Below, piece after piece: positions 26,366-39,310 of a stretch of DNA of 64,000 nt (positions are counted from its first letter, which is position 1; each line of letters opens with the position of its first letter). Both the position numbers and the translations under genes were made by a program. The notes under the pieces were generated by a model. It saw only the letters and a list, made by a program, of their open reading frames with translations. It did no database searches and was not told where the DNA came from. Source of the DNA: Eledone cirrhosa (Eukaryota); contig OZ024740.1 of NCBI GenBank assembly GCA_964016885.1, positions 73,904,001 to 73,968,000 on the forward strand, read 5' to 3'.

Positions 26366-26547
26366 TGTATCTATTTTAGGCACAAGGCCAGCAATTACCC
26401 AGTACATTACTGGTACTATATTTTATCAACCCCGTAAGGATGAAAGGCAAAGTTAACCTCGGCGGGATTTGAACTCAGATCATAAAGGGACGTAACTCTA
26501 TGCTTCAAAGCATGGTGTCCGACTCTCTACCGATACTGCCAATCCAC
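26366..26547 (-). mobile_element. SINE family A with 10-bp TSD
   Basis: AAGACATAAT at 26356-65 and 26548-57. Confidence 0.85.
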
Positions 26548-27934
26548 AAGACATAATGGAATGGAAAATAAAGTTCTTGACGTGCAGATTCCTGGAAAAA
26601 AATGAGACCAAGATTCAAATGAGAAAGAACAGTAACAGAAGTTTGGTGTTCAATGAAAAAAGCCAGATAGTTGTACAAATCAAAATGTTATGTAACTATT
26701 GTGAGAGAAACAATGCTCCAAAGTGACTATGTTATGATGATGGACTATTTAAGTTTTGTACATGCACAATATTAGAATTGGTGGGTGCAGCATGGTTTAA
26801 TGGTTAAGAAGTTTGTTTCACAATTATTATATCTCAGGCTCAAACCTCTGTGTAACATGTAGGGCAAGTGTCATTTACCATAATCCTGAGTCAACTGAAG
26901 TCTTGTGAGTGAAATTTGATAGACAGAAACTATTTAAATGCCTGTTTGATGGACTGTACCTTGTCTCATTGAATTTCCTTAAGAATTGTTATGGGTATAT
27001 CTGTAGAATGCTCAGCCACTTAAATGTTAATTTCACAAGGAACCTGTCCCATTGATTGAAACCTGGAACACTTTTTGTCAAAATTGATAGAAGTCCATTC
27101 CATTTGTATTGTTATAAATTTATATGATATTTTATTATGTCAATTATGAATTTGAGGTGGTTTCTTATCTCTCTCTCTCATTTATTTTATAGTGAGATGT
27201 TACTCTGACAATAACCACTATTTGTTAAGTAGAAATAACAGAAATGACATCTATTTTTCAGCTCTATTTCTTCTAGTTATGTTTAACTAAAATTATAAAC
27301 AGTTCAATATTTGTAGCAAATTTCAATTTTATCATCTGCAAATCAGTTTACTCTGCTCTAATATGTTACTGTAAAATCATTAAAATCTTCATCATTAAAA
27401 AATCATTAAAATCTTCATCAGTTTCCCCTCTCTCTTTATGGGGCGGTAGTACTGGTGATAAGATTAACTTAAGACTCTTCAGCATAGGTTCCAAAACCTT
27501 ATCGACCATTGGCAACATCTCCAGAAACTAGATGTCAGTCTGGTTTCACTAGGGATGAGTGAAAGTAATATTAGCTTAATTTTGTTAATCACCATTGTCA
27601 ACATCACCACCATCACCACCATCATTATCATCATCATAATAACACTGTAAGGCAGATGATGGTTAAATGGAAACAGTGTAGGGTTGAGAGGACTCTTTAA
27701 TCATGCCAAAGACATGACAACACCTAGAGCTGACGTCACAATAACATGCATCCAATGTAGTTGGTTAGGAAGGGCATCCAACCATAGAAACCATGATAAA
27801 AACTGCCATGTTCTAGTGTGATGTGGTCGCTTGACCTGTCTAAGTGGGCTATAATTCTGAATAAGAACCAACTTGGACCATCAAGATAAGAACTGACCCA
27901 TCCAACCCATGCTAGCATGGAAACAAACATAAAA

Positions 27935-28499
27935 TTTATACTATAATAAAGGGAGGAGTGCGGGACAGCGTCCGTTTTATATTTTTTAATCCCGTTAGTA
28001 AAATAAGTTGGATTACTTTGAATAAATAAGTAATGAATATTACATAATTTATGTACTAAATTTTGTAGCTGTTGATTAAACATAAATATTCTTATATATT
28101 GCTTATTTTAAGATTCACTTCTTTATAATTTTCAAATGTTAACTCTTCCGGTTATGATATACAGATGCTATATCACATCGCTTATATAAACGTTCATATA
28201 TTTGCATCGTTATATCAAAACATTTATATTTCTATCGCTAATTTTCTCCTTTTTCGTTTTCATTACATTTCACCGTAATGCAGTTTATATATAATATCGT
28301 CTTTTTGAAATGTATCATGGATTACTTTACTGTTTAGAGAAGACAGTGTAACACAGTCTCTCTTCAATTTCTGTGCATATTGTCAATTACGATTTCATTT
28401 GACATATCATATCTACATGCATGTATATTTGCATATAATATCAATATGCACACTACATATACTAGCAGAAAACCACCCGAAGGGCGGTTTTTCTGCTAG
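27935..28499 (+). mobile_element. Non-autonomous Helitron-like element
   Basis: 5' TTTATACTATAATAAAG (TC start altered); 3' GC-rich hairpin followed by CTAG; inserted at A|T with no TSD, splitting a SINE tail (ACATAAAA|TGATAATAATGATG). Confidence 0.6.
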
Positions 28500-28807
28500 T
28501 GATAATAATGATGATGATTGAATTTCAATGTTTCTATAACCTTCTCTCACTTCATTACCTTCACTGTCACTGCCACCTCCATTACCATACAACCACTACC
28601 ATCATCATACCATCACCATCACCCTGTAATTGAATGGTATTCCTATCTAAGGAAGACCATATCTAACAACTGCTCACATTATAAAAGTTTGAATAAGTTT
28701 TTGTATACTTAACTTATTATCCTACCGGATATGTCTAGGAATCAATTCCATTGTTTGATTAATTTTTACTTCTTTTTCTCCTTTTTCTCTCATTTTATTA
28801 AATTCAG

Positions 28808-29038
28808 GATTACAAGAGTGGCCAATCACCCTTATTTCTTGCTGTTGAAAACCCAAATCAAGACATTATAAAATTATTGTTGGAGAATGATGCATCTGTT
28901 GGCATTCAAAATTTTGCTGGATTTACCCCTTTTCTTGTTGGTCATGGTCGTAAATACCAGGAAATCTGTAAGTTATTAGTTGATTGGGGAGCAGATACTC
29001 ATGGATTGGTATTTGATGATTTAGCCTGTAATTACAAG
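28808..29038 (+). CDS. Bcl-3-like gene exon (ankyrin repeats 5-6)
   Basis: Long pyrimidine tract, CAG/GTATG boundaries; DYKSGQSPLFLAVENPNQDIIKLLLENDASVGIQNFAGFTPFLVGHGRKYQEICKLLVDWGADTHGLVFDDLACNYK; phase 0 to phase 0. Confidence 0.92.
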
Positions 29039-30875
29039 GTATGTTACCTTAACATTTTTTTTATACAAACCCACCTAAAACTGTCATAAATCTATGACAA
29101 ACCTCTTGATTTAAAGTATTCATATTTAAATAAAAAATAATGTTATGGAAGAATATTTTTTTACTCTATGTACTAAAATAAAAGGTGGTGAATTGGCAGA
29201 GTCGTTAGAACATCAGCTAGAATGCTTTCTGGAGACAGAGGCTTAAAATGCCCAAGAAACGCTGTATGTCAATATGGCGTCCCTATAACTCTATCAGGAG
29301 TTACGGGACCATAATACTAAATTCCAGCTTAATAATATGGTTAAATAAATTATTTCAACTTGTTGATTATTTACAAAATTAATTGAAAAATGTAGGTGGT
29401 GTATTTCATAAGAAATATAGTAATGAAAAGGTCAACATCTTCTGAACTACAATCTTCAGTTAATTAATAGCTTTCTGCTGCTTCCATACATATTAATGTA
29501 TCTATTATAGCATTTCATCATATGCTCATCAAGCTTTTGTCATGATTACAACTGTGTCATTTAACTTTGAAATCAACAAACCTTCCTAAAACTAATCATT
29601 CTCTATTAGTTCTGGTGGATTAATCCTACTTGTCCTTACCACAATCAATTGAGCTTCTGCTTTGATCAGTATTTTTGCCAGTCATACTTGGATGCAGTTA
29701 ACATCTATGATGCAGAATGGGCATGCTTAATTGAGGAGAGATACTAGTGGCATGATAAAATATACCCAGTAAACACTGTAAAATGGTTAGTGAATGAGTG
29801 GAAATAACATATTGTTGAGAGAAGTGCTTAGTCTTGGCAAGGACAACCTTTTTAGTAATGATGCCATGATAAAATTCACTCAGTACACTCTAAAGTGGTT
29901 GGCAAATGAGTGAAGACAATCTAGGGTTAAGTGGACTGCTCAGTCCTGCAGAGGACATAACAATTTCCCTAGTACTTGTGCCATGCTAAAATGCATTCAA
30001 TATACTCTGTAAAGTGGTGTTATGAAGGGCCATAGAAACCATGCCAAAAATAGATGGAATGTATGAGTAAGATGTGCATCTAGGAAGTCAGTAATTCTAA
30101 TAACAGTGTTCAAACTGTGACAACCTCCATCCAACACATGCTAACATGGAAAGTAGATACAAAATGTTGAGATGATGATAATGATAAGCTAAAATATATG
30201 ACATAATCCTTCTGCAAAATACTTGCCTCCAGAGATAATTGGTGCTTATTTGTTCATATGCCCACATTTATTGGTTCACGGTAATGGTATATATGTGAAA
30301 GTGCGTGGTTTTGTGGTTAGGATATTTGTAAGGTCATGAGTTTGATTCCTAGTTGCACACTGTGACCTTGAGCAAGACACTTTATTTCACATTGCACCAG
30401 TCCACTCAGCTGGCAAAAATGAGTTGTACTTGTAATTCGAAGGGCCAGTCTTGTCACATTCTGTGTCATGCTGAATTTCCCTGAAAACTATGTTAAGTGT
30501 ATGCGTGTTTGTGGAATGCTCAGCCACGTGCATGTTAATTTCATGTGCAGGCTATTCCATTGGTCATATCAACTGGATCACTTGTAACCGACAGTGCTGC
30601 TACTAATGGTATATCATCATCATCATCATCATTTTACGTCCGCTTTTCCCTGCTTGCAAGGGTGGGACGGGAACTGATTCTGGCTTGATTTCTACAGCTG
30701 GATGCCCTTCCTAACACCAACCTCATTTACAGTGAGTGGTGGGTGCTTTTTTGCCGTGGCACCTCCACGACCATTTCTACAGCTGAGTAAACTGGAGCAA
30801 TGTGAAATAAAGTGTCTTGCTCAAGGAAACAACACATCACCCGGTCTGAGAATTGAACTCACAACCTTTCGATTG

Positions 30876-30920
<45 letters not shown>

Positions 30921-31877
30921 TTATATAAACAAAGACAAAAATATATCTTATATGTTGGATGGATTGACTTGATCAGCTTCTTTTATAGTACTACATGGAA
31001 GTGGCATTGGTATAATTTATTGTATATGAAATTTAATGAATATAAAGATATAAAGAGTAACCTGTGAATAATGCAGAATATTACTACAGAGACTAATTTC
31101 AGATATGTCCATCTTGATATTGCCACCCATCTTGATCTTCAATCATTTTTGGTAGGTCAGTAGGGAAACATCCCATGTTCATACATAGATAGTCAATGAT
31201 AATTTTTGCTGGACTGCCAACCCATGTAAACCCATGTAGTGTCTACAGCAGCATATCACTAATGCAGTCTTGCTTGTCTCTCTTGCAATATCCTCTCTCT
31301 CTTTCTCTCTAATGACATCAGTGAGTGCAGAAAGATTGCCATAGTCTTTGTTTGGCTGGATGCACTTTCTGATAAATGTTCAGAGTGGCCTAAAACTTGT
31401 GGGTTGTGAGTGTAAGTGCTATCAAACTTTGCTTCATGTATTGCATGAGTGTCCCAGCAGCAGACTTGTACAAAAGCACAGAATTCACTGTGGCACAGAA
31501 GAATCTTCTTTTCTGATAGCAATGATTTCAAAGGACACAGGCCCTCAAGAATGCTTTTCCATATGGATTTTTACATCCTTTTCTGTGCATGTGATGTGGC
31601 TCCCTAAATATACAAAGGAGACCACACATTTTAGATGATTTTATTTGCTTGCGGTTATTAAGCTCTCCTGATTGCAGCAGATGTAAGGAGTCTTATAATA
31701 GAATATTGATATTATATCAAAAAACATCTATATATGGTGTATATTTTATTACTTTTGAAAATTGCAGTTCAAATTATACATTATCAGTTTTGCCGTATAA
31801 TATTTTCTATTAATTTTCTATACTTGTGTTGAAAATAATTTTATTTCAAGCATATTTTTTTTTCACAATCATTTCAG

Positions 31878-31973
31878 ACATCAAGTGTAAAATCTCAGTT
31901 GAAAAATAAATTAGTAGCTAACCAGAACAATCAAAATAACAATTGTACATTGAATGAAAATCTAAGTGATTGA
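31878..31973 (+). CDS. Probable last coding exon of the Bcl-3-like gene
   Basis: TTTCAG acceptor; phase-0 frame TSSVKSQLKNKLVANQNNQNNNCTLNENLSD-TGA; GTGAGT donor at 32002. No homology support. Confidence 0.55.
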   Translation, partial: TSSVKSQLKNKLVANQNNQNNNCTLNENLSD

Positions 31974-32769
31974 ACCAAGCTTCAAATTCCTGGTAAAAAT
32001 GGTGAGTGATGTCATATGTAAGAGCTTTAAACTTCATAGAAGAGATAACATAAAATTGTTATGTATATATAAGGAAACCTGTTTACGCCATCATAGGAAA
32101 GCATGTTAAAACAATGATAATGCTACACTATACTTTGTCACATTATGCAGCCTATACCAACATGAAAAGCAGGCATAAAATGATTTAGCTTCCAACAGAC
32201 TTTTTTTTTTTCACAAGATTACTTCTCTCCAAATCTTTCATCTATGGTTACAGCTACCTAGTTATCTTAGACATTGCTAAAGGCATTGTTACACTTGCAT
32301 ATAGTACCGACCACAGGTACTGTAAATGTATCTCTAACATCTCTATGTTTTGGCAACTTAAATTTGTATGTTTAGTATGTGATCTGAGATAAGTTCAAGC
32401 AATACTTGCAGATACTGGAATGTATTGACTGATTCATTAGAATGTTGGGTGAGATGCCTTGATGTATTTACTCTGGTTCTTTGCATTCTGAGTTCAAATC
32501 CTGCTGTAGCTCACTTGCCTCGTCAATTTAGTCTGTTGCCTGATTTAACACCACCATCAGGACCTGGATGCTTTTATTGGCATCTATTTTGTTGTAAACA
32601 TTCAGACTGGGTCACCAATTTGAAGAGGATTTCCTCCCTTCTTCCCACCAGTCTTAGAGGCTCTGAAAAAGGTTATAGGCACCTCCCTTCTTGATTAAGT
32701 TGTAAAAAAAAAACAAATACTTTTTCCACTTGTTTGAATTTCATATATTGTATTCAGCAATAAGGGCTA

Positions 32770-33400
32770 CATATTTGTTTTCCATTTTTCATCATACCTA
32801 TTCCATATGGGGAATGGCCATGCTCAATATGCAGAAAAAGAGTTGGTAGAAACTCCATACTACCTACAAAATGTAAACAATGGGTACACAAGAAATATAG
32901 TAGTATCTTAGGTAGGCTAACAAAAAATGTAGACTTTGTATGTGGTACAGGAGCAGCAAGGGGCAACCTGAAACGGGTTCTATCAAATGCTGAGATGGCT
33001 CCTCTATTACTTAGGTGACCAAATTAGCAGTAGAGGTAGTTGTTTTGAAAGTACAGTAGCTAGAGTGAGAATCAGTTGGAAAATATTGAAGGAGTTACTA
33101 TTTCTGCTGGCTATAAAGGGTTTCTCTCTGAGTGAAAGGCAGATTATATGGTCCCATGCAATGCTTGCATGAAAATTAGACTTGGGTCTTTAACTCAGAG
33201 GCTTTGTGAAGATTGGAAAGAAATGGAGTGAGCATCATCTGATAGATTTATAATAGAAGGATATATGAGCAAAGCATTAATGAACTGAAAGAAAAACTGA
33301 GAATAAAAGGAACCTGTAGATGATGTGACGGTTGTTGATTTCATGAAGCTGACCCTCATGAAGATGACACAAGATCGATTTGACTGGCAGTTTGTCATAC
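32770..33400 (+). mobile_element. Old RTE LINE fragment (PHD-finger region)
   Basis: GEWPCSICRK.., YLGDQISSRGSCFESTVARVRISWK in broken frames. Confidence 0.75.
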
Positions 33401-34071
33401 TACAAAAGACTATGTGGACAGGATAAAACATGCTTAAGAAGGATTGTTGTATAGAGACAGATATATTTAGGATCTTTTCTGTTAGTACATGCCCTCTTCT
33501 TGCCTCCTCTCCCTTCATACCTATATGTTGGTCATAGATAGGTATGAAGTTATAGTTGTATGTAGTGGCAGGGTGATGAGTAAAGGGAAAGAGTGACTGA
33601 TAGTATATGAGGAGGAAAGATGTAGTGCTGTGGTGTGTGTGGATGATGTGATCAATAGAACATAAGGTGCAATTTTTGTAAATAGTTTGGCAGGTCAGGT
33701 TACCACATCCTGCTCATACTTTCAAGTTTAGCATTGTTTCTATGATTGGATGCTCTTTTTAATACCAAACACCTTACAGCATGTACCAGGTGTATTTTAT
33801 TGTAGCACCAACACTACTCCTTTACACCATGGACTGAGTGCATTTATCAAGGCATCAGCACTATCACTTTGCACCATAGGCTGAGTGTATTTTATCATAG
33901 CACCAGTATTAAGGTGATTGTGTCTTGAGTCAGATAGAGAGGAGGGGCAGTTATAGGAAATTGGAGATGAGATCATGGAAGATGTGGAACTGTGACAACT
34001 ACATGCTGCTTGCTGAGAGAGTCATATCTCAAAGAAGGAAGGAAAGAGAGTAACAGTATTCTTAATGCTGC

Positions 34072-34176
34072 AGATTAAAGTTTAAGCAAGGAATTTCACC
34101 CTATATGGGCTCTTCTAAAACTTCAGAAGATCCCATATAGGATGAAAGCAAAAATTCTTTGCTTAAACTTTAATCT
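34072..34176. repeat. Hairpin / MITE-like inverted repeat
   Basis: Outer arms AGATTAAAGTTTAAGCAA/TTGCTTAAACTTTAATCT; inner arms CCTATATGGG.TCTTCT/AGAAGATCCCATATAGG. Confidence 0.85.
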
Positions 34177-35834
34177 AAACTGTAGTGGAGAGTTGTTCCA
34201 GTAAACCCAGCTGAAGTTGAGTACCAGCAATAGCTATGAGTTTAACCCTGTGATGGACTGGCATTCTGTCCAGGGAGAAGTTTTGTACTCTCAGTTGCTT
34301 AACACCACAGAAACTGGGATAAACATCAGCCTGATGAGCCTCCAGGCTTGCGACAGACTTTAGACTTTTTTAATTGGAGAGTATGGTTTAGAATAGCTGC
34401 ATCATATTCTTGTGTATCATAAGAGGTGATAAAACAGTTGGCACCAAAAAGAGAATCCAGTTGTAAAACATTACCTTAAAAAGAACCCATGATGAGTATG
34501 AGATTTGTCATGGGGCTTGCAAAGCTACTTTCTACTTTCCTAGGGAAAATGGCATGAAAATACCTGTAGGTGGTTTATAATGGGTTTAATTTAATTGACT
34601 ATCACTCTACCTCAAAATCTGTGGCTTTGTGCCTATGATGATGATGATGATTCATAAATTTTGCAATCTATTAGATTGCTATAATCACACCCACTCCATC
34701 CAGTTATCTCCATGTTCCTGTCTATGAAGGCCTTCGAAATCTAACCCCACTTTTATGCATTCCTATACAAACGGAATAATGACATTAACTGATCAAAATA
34801 TATTTTTTTAAAACTAACTCCAACAATATTGAAATGTCTGCATTTTTAAAACACACTTTCTATCCATTATGTGAAAAACAAAACAAAACTTTTCACTTAA
34901 TTTCACTATTTACATCTTGTATATATTCCCTGCAGCTTAATTTCTATTGACATGCACGAGATTTATATTTGTATTTTCTTAAATGTATGTATTTTATATC
35001 ATGCATTTTCTTTTTAGCAATAAATAGAAAAGGCTGAAAAATAGACAAACTATATATCAAAAGTTATTCTTGTTTGAAACACTAATTTATTGGATTTCTA
35101 GCTGATGTGTAAATTTTTTGCTGATATACACAGGCATGGCTCAGTGGTTAATTAGTTTGTCCCATAATCATGAGTTCCTGGGTTCAGTCTCATTGTGTGG
35201 CATGTAGGGTAAGTGTTTTTTACTATAACATCGGGTCAACTCATGCCTTGTGAGTAAAACCGACTTGATAAAAACTGTGTGGAAGTCCCTCAGATGAATT
35301 ACACCAGTAATTCAAACATCCAGCTTTATTATATATTACTATGTCATACTAATTCAGCTTTGTGAGTATTCTGTGGAATATTCAACCACTTATATGTTAA
35401 TTTAATGAGTTGATTGATCAACTGAATGTTCATCATTCAAACCAACAGATGATTCATCAATCATCATATACACACATGCACACATACATACACACACACA
35501 CACATACATACACATACATATACATACAGACATATACACACACAAATTCTCTTAAACATTTACAACAGGCTTCCATGCAGTTCCTATCTACCAAATTTCA
35601 CTTACAAGTAAGTGGTCAGCTTGAAGCTATGGTAAAAGATACTTGCCTAAGATGCTGTGCAGTGAGATCAAACCTGAAACTATGTGGTTGTGAAGTGAAC
35701 TTCTTAACTATGTCAGCACCCTAAACAATTAATACATTTGCTTCAACTTATATCTCTATACATTGCCTCCATATCCAGCTAATTTTAATTATTATGAACA
35801 TTAATTACATCTATGTCAGCATAGAAAAACATCA

Positions 35835-36355
35835 AATAATAATGATAATAATAGCAATTTCTTTATTAACCACAAAGGGTTTACATCAAGAAAAACATGA
35901 CTGTACAAGTCGAATATATAGAGTGTGTGTATGTGTGTATGGGTTTTGCTTGTAAATAAATTTTAACAATGTTAAAAAAGAAAGATTAAAAAAATTTAAA
36001 CATAGAAGGTTTCTCAATAGGGAGGAGACATTTGAGGGTCACTGTAGAAAAAACCCCATAAAACCACAGGTGCTCTGATCTCTAGAGTAAGTGCCCTGTC
36101 CCAGTTGTTTTCTTCCAATCTACAGGTTCACACTCAGAATGGGCCATGCTTGATTCTCTAACCCACCTTTTCACAAATTGCTTTGAAGGCAGCTCTTCCC
36201 TTTCTGATTTTCTCTTCAAGTGAAACCTGAAGAAGTTAATCAGGGCTTTTCCAAAGAAGAAAGTGCTCATCTTCAACCCTTTCAAGTGTGCCCACCATAC
36301 AACCTCTTTTGCCATAGCCACATAACAAGTAAAAACAGCCTGCGCTTCTTGACTA
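35835..36355 (-). mobile_element. Probable L1/Tx1-like LINE 3' fragment
   Basis: AKEVVWW..INFFRFHLKRK..FVKRW resembles Tx1 ORF2 C-termini; AATAAA and an (ATT)n tail follow. Confidence 0.5.
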
Positions 36356-37009
36356 AATAATAATAATAATAATAATGATTCCTAATTTAGACACAGGGCC
36401 AACAGTTTTGCAAGTAGGGGAAAGTCGATTAAATCAACTCCAGTGCATTACTGGTGCTTTATTTATCGACCCCATAAGAATGAAAGCAAAGCTAACCGTG
36501 GCAGGATTTGAACTCAGAACATAAATGGCTGTAACTCTATGCTGCAAAGCATGGTGTCAAACGCTCTACGGATACTGCCAGTACTCATGCTAATAAGTGC
36601 AATTATTATTCTAAATAAAATAAAAGTGATGGATTGGCAGAATTGTTAGAGCGTATGGCAAAATGCTCTGTGGCGTTTATTCCTGGGCCCTTACATTCTG
36701 AGGTCAACTTTGCTTTTCATCCTTTCGCAGTTGATAAAATAAAGTACCAGTTAAGTACTGGGGTTCATATAATCGACTTTTCTCTTCTCCCAAATTGGTG
36801 TTAGAATTATTTTAAATAAAAATTATTATTTTAGAGTTATTTCCCTTGAACTTAATCCATATACTCCTTTCTGGCTAGCTATTTTGAGCAACAATTTAAT
36901 TGTAATTTATATAGAATATATTATTAGCCTTACCTTTTTGGTGGGGCTGTGACTCCAACAACCAAAGAATTGTGATTTCCATCTAGTTAGTTGAAATCGA
37001 CTCAAGAGG

Positions 37010-39310
37010 TGACAACACTTTGGACCTACTCTTCACCACTACTCCTGAAATGGTTATTAGTGTTACTACTGAGGAACCTTTAGGTGACTCTGATCATGAT
37101 ATGACCATTGCCAATCTATCCCTCATAGGCAGTAAAAAAAACCACAACCATCTCCAAACTGCTCACTTTGACTGGAATAAAGCACCCTGGAACTGTTATT
37201 GCACCGAGTTGCAACGTCCAAACTGGCTTGCGTTCTACGGCTCTGGAGATGTCAACACTGTACTCCAGAACACTCTGAGCTCAATATGGACAGCATATGC
37301 AGCATCGGTGCCACGTCAGCAGAAAAAACATCCCAAAAGTGCAATTTGGGAGACTGCAGCAGTCCGTCTTGCCGGAAAAGAATGTTGTAATGCTGAATGT
37401 GAGTACAGACTGCATAAATCAGATGTCAATAAGAAGAAGCGAAACAAATCATCCAACCATCTCAAACAGGTGACATAAAAGGCAGTGCTTCAATTTGAGC
37501 AGCGCATACCAACCAGCCCTGACAGTAAGGTGTTCTGGAAGTATGTTCACTCAAAGCAGAGGCCTCACTCTCCAGTTGGTCCTCTTCACAATCCCCACAC
37601 AAGCCAGACTATTGACGACCCCAAGGAATGCGCAGAGCTCATTGCTGAATGCTATGCAGGCATTTTCACTATTGAAGACCAGAGTGTACCGTCTCCACCA
37701 CCTCTGACATCGGATTCTATTACAACTATGGAATTTACACCTGCAATGCTGCGACGTCACCTTAAAAATAAATGCAACCAAGCCTCTCCTGGTTTTGATG
37801 GTGTTACATACCTGCTTCTCAAACGTTATGGGTACTTCCTTCTGCACCAGCTATCACGCTTCTTCCAATTCCCCTGTTCAAAAAGGGTGACCGCACATCA
37901 CCTGTGAACTATCGTCCAGTCAGTCTTACTAGCTGCATCGCCAAACTGATGGAATCCTGTGTCAGAGAAATGCTTTGGAACTTCTGGAACTCTCAGTCTT
38001 ATCCAGCCCTCGCAATTTGGTTTTATCCCTAACTCCAGCTTCTGTGATCAACTTATCGAGTTTCTTGAAGACATTACCCAGATCACTGATGGCAGCTCAT
38101 GGGTGGATGTTGTTTACCTTGACTTTGCTAAAGCTTTCAATTCTGTGCCACACAAAAGAATTATGACAAAATTCTCTGCAATGGGTGTGAAGGATGATCC
38201 TTTTAACTGGTTGAAGTTCTTCATTCTCAGTCAAAGAGAGGTAGTCATGGTTCTAGGACAGCATTCTTCGCCTTATAAGATGTCATCTGGTGTACCACAG
38301 GGATCTGTTCTTGGCCCACTTTTGTTTGTGGCATATATTAATGACATAGATGCCAACTTAAAGAATGCCACAGTACTGAAATATGCAGATGACATCAAGC
38401 TGTACCTTGAGATAAAAAGGACAGATTCTGAACACTATAGATCTTGCCTGCAATCTGACCGGGACACAATGCAACAATGGATCACAGACTGGCAACTCAA
38501 GCTAACTGTGGACAAGTGTACCACCATGCATTTTGGGAGTAAAAACCCAGCGTCCACATACTCCCTCCAAAACACTAATATCAAGAAGGCTTCTTGTGAA
38601 CATGACCTGGGCATTACGGTCAGCAGCGATTTGCATTGGACGAAGCACGTCTCTAAAATTGTCAAGAAGGCCGAGGGTGTCTTAGCATCACTCAGCAAGA
38701 CCTTTGTCAGCCGTTCTCCAGCTATCTATTTAAAGCTGTATATAGCTATGGTGTGGCCACACTTAGAATTTGCATCACCAGTCTGGAACCCCTATCTTGC
38801 TCAGAACATTGACCACCTGGAAACTATTCAGAGACGTGCAACCAAGCGAATACCCTCCATCAGGCATCTACCATACTCTGAATGCCTGGCAACTTACTTG
38901 GTAAACACCCACAAAATTATTAACCATCTTGCCAACAACAACCCTGAGTCCCTTTTTGATTTCCATGTGTCTAACACACGTGGGCATGCCCACAAAGTCA
39001 GAAAACAGTACAGCTCCCATGACTTATGGTTTTTTCAAGCTCAGAGTTGCTGAAGCATGGAACAAACTACCTGCATCAGTTGTTAGCTGTCGAGACACTG
39101 CATCCCTTAAAACCTCCATGCTTCCTGAGATTCGCCAACACTACACCTAATATTCCCCCTCCATACACACGCACACATGTATTTCATGACTCATACACTA
39201 TTCACTTCCCTGACATTTGTATATTATTCTATGTACTATACATGCACCTTTGATGAGTTGTAGTGCACCTGAGCACTGTACACAATAATTTCATTATTAT
39301 TATTATTATA
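37010..39310 (+). mobile_element. CR1/L2-group LINE, 5'-truncated and pseudogenised
   Basis: APE end (LDLLFT..LGDSDH), ASPGFDG, QFGF, YLDFAKAFNSVPH, GVPQGSVLGP, YADD, PHLEFASPVWNP; (ATT)n tail whose 3' end recurs in reverse at about 2905-2953. Confidence 0.9.

Noticed and set aside
34331-34352. CTGATGA-GCC-tcca-GGC hairpin
   Set aside because: No GAAA follows the stem; it lies in an old SINE-like body (about 34245-34370).
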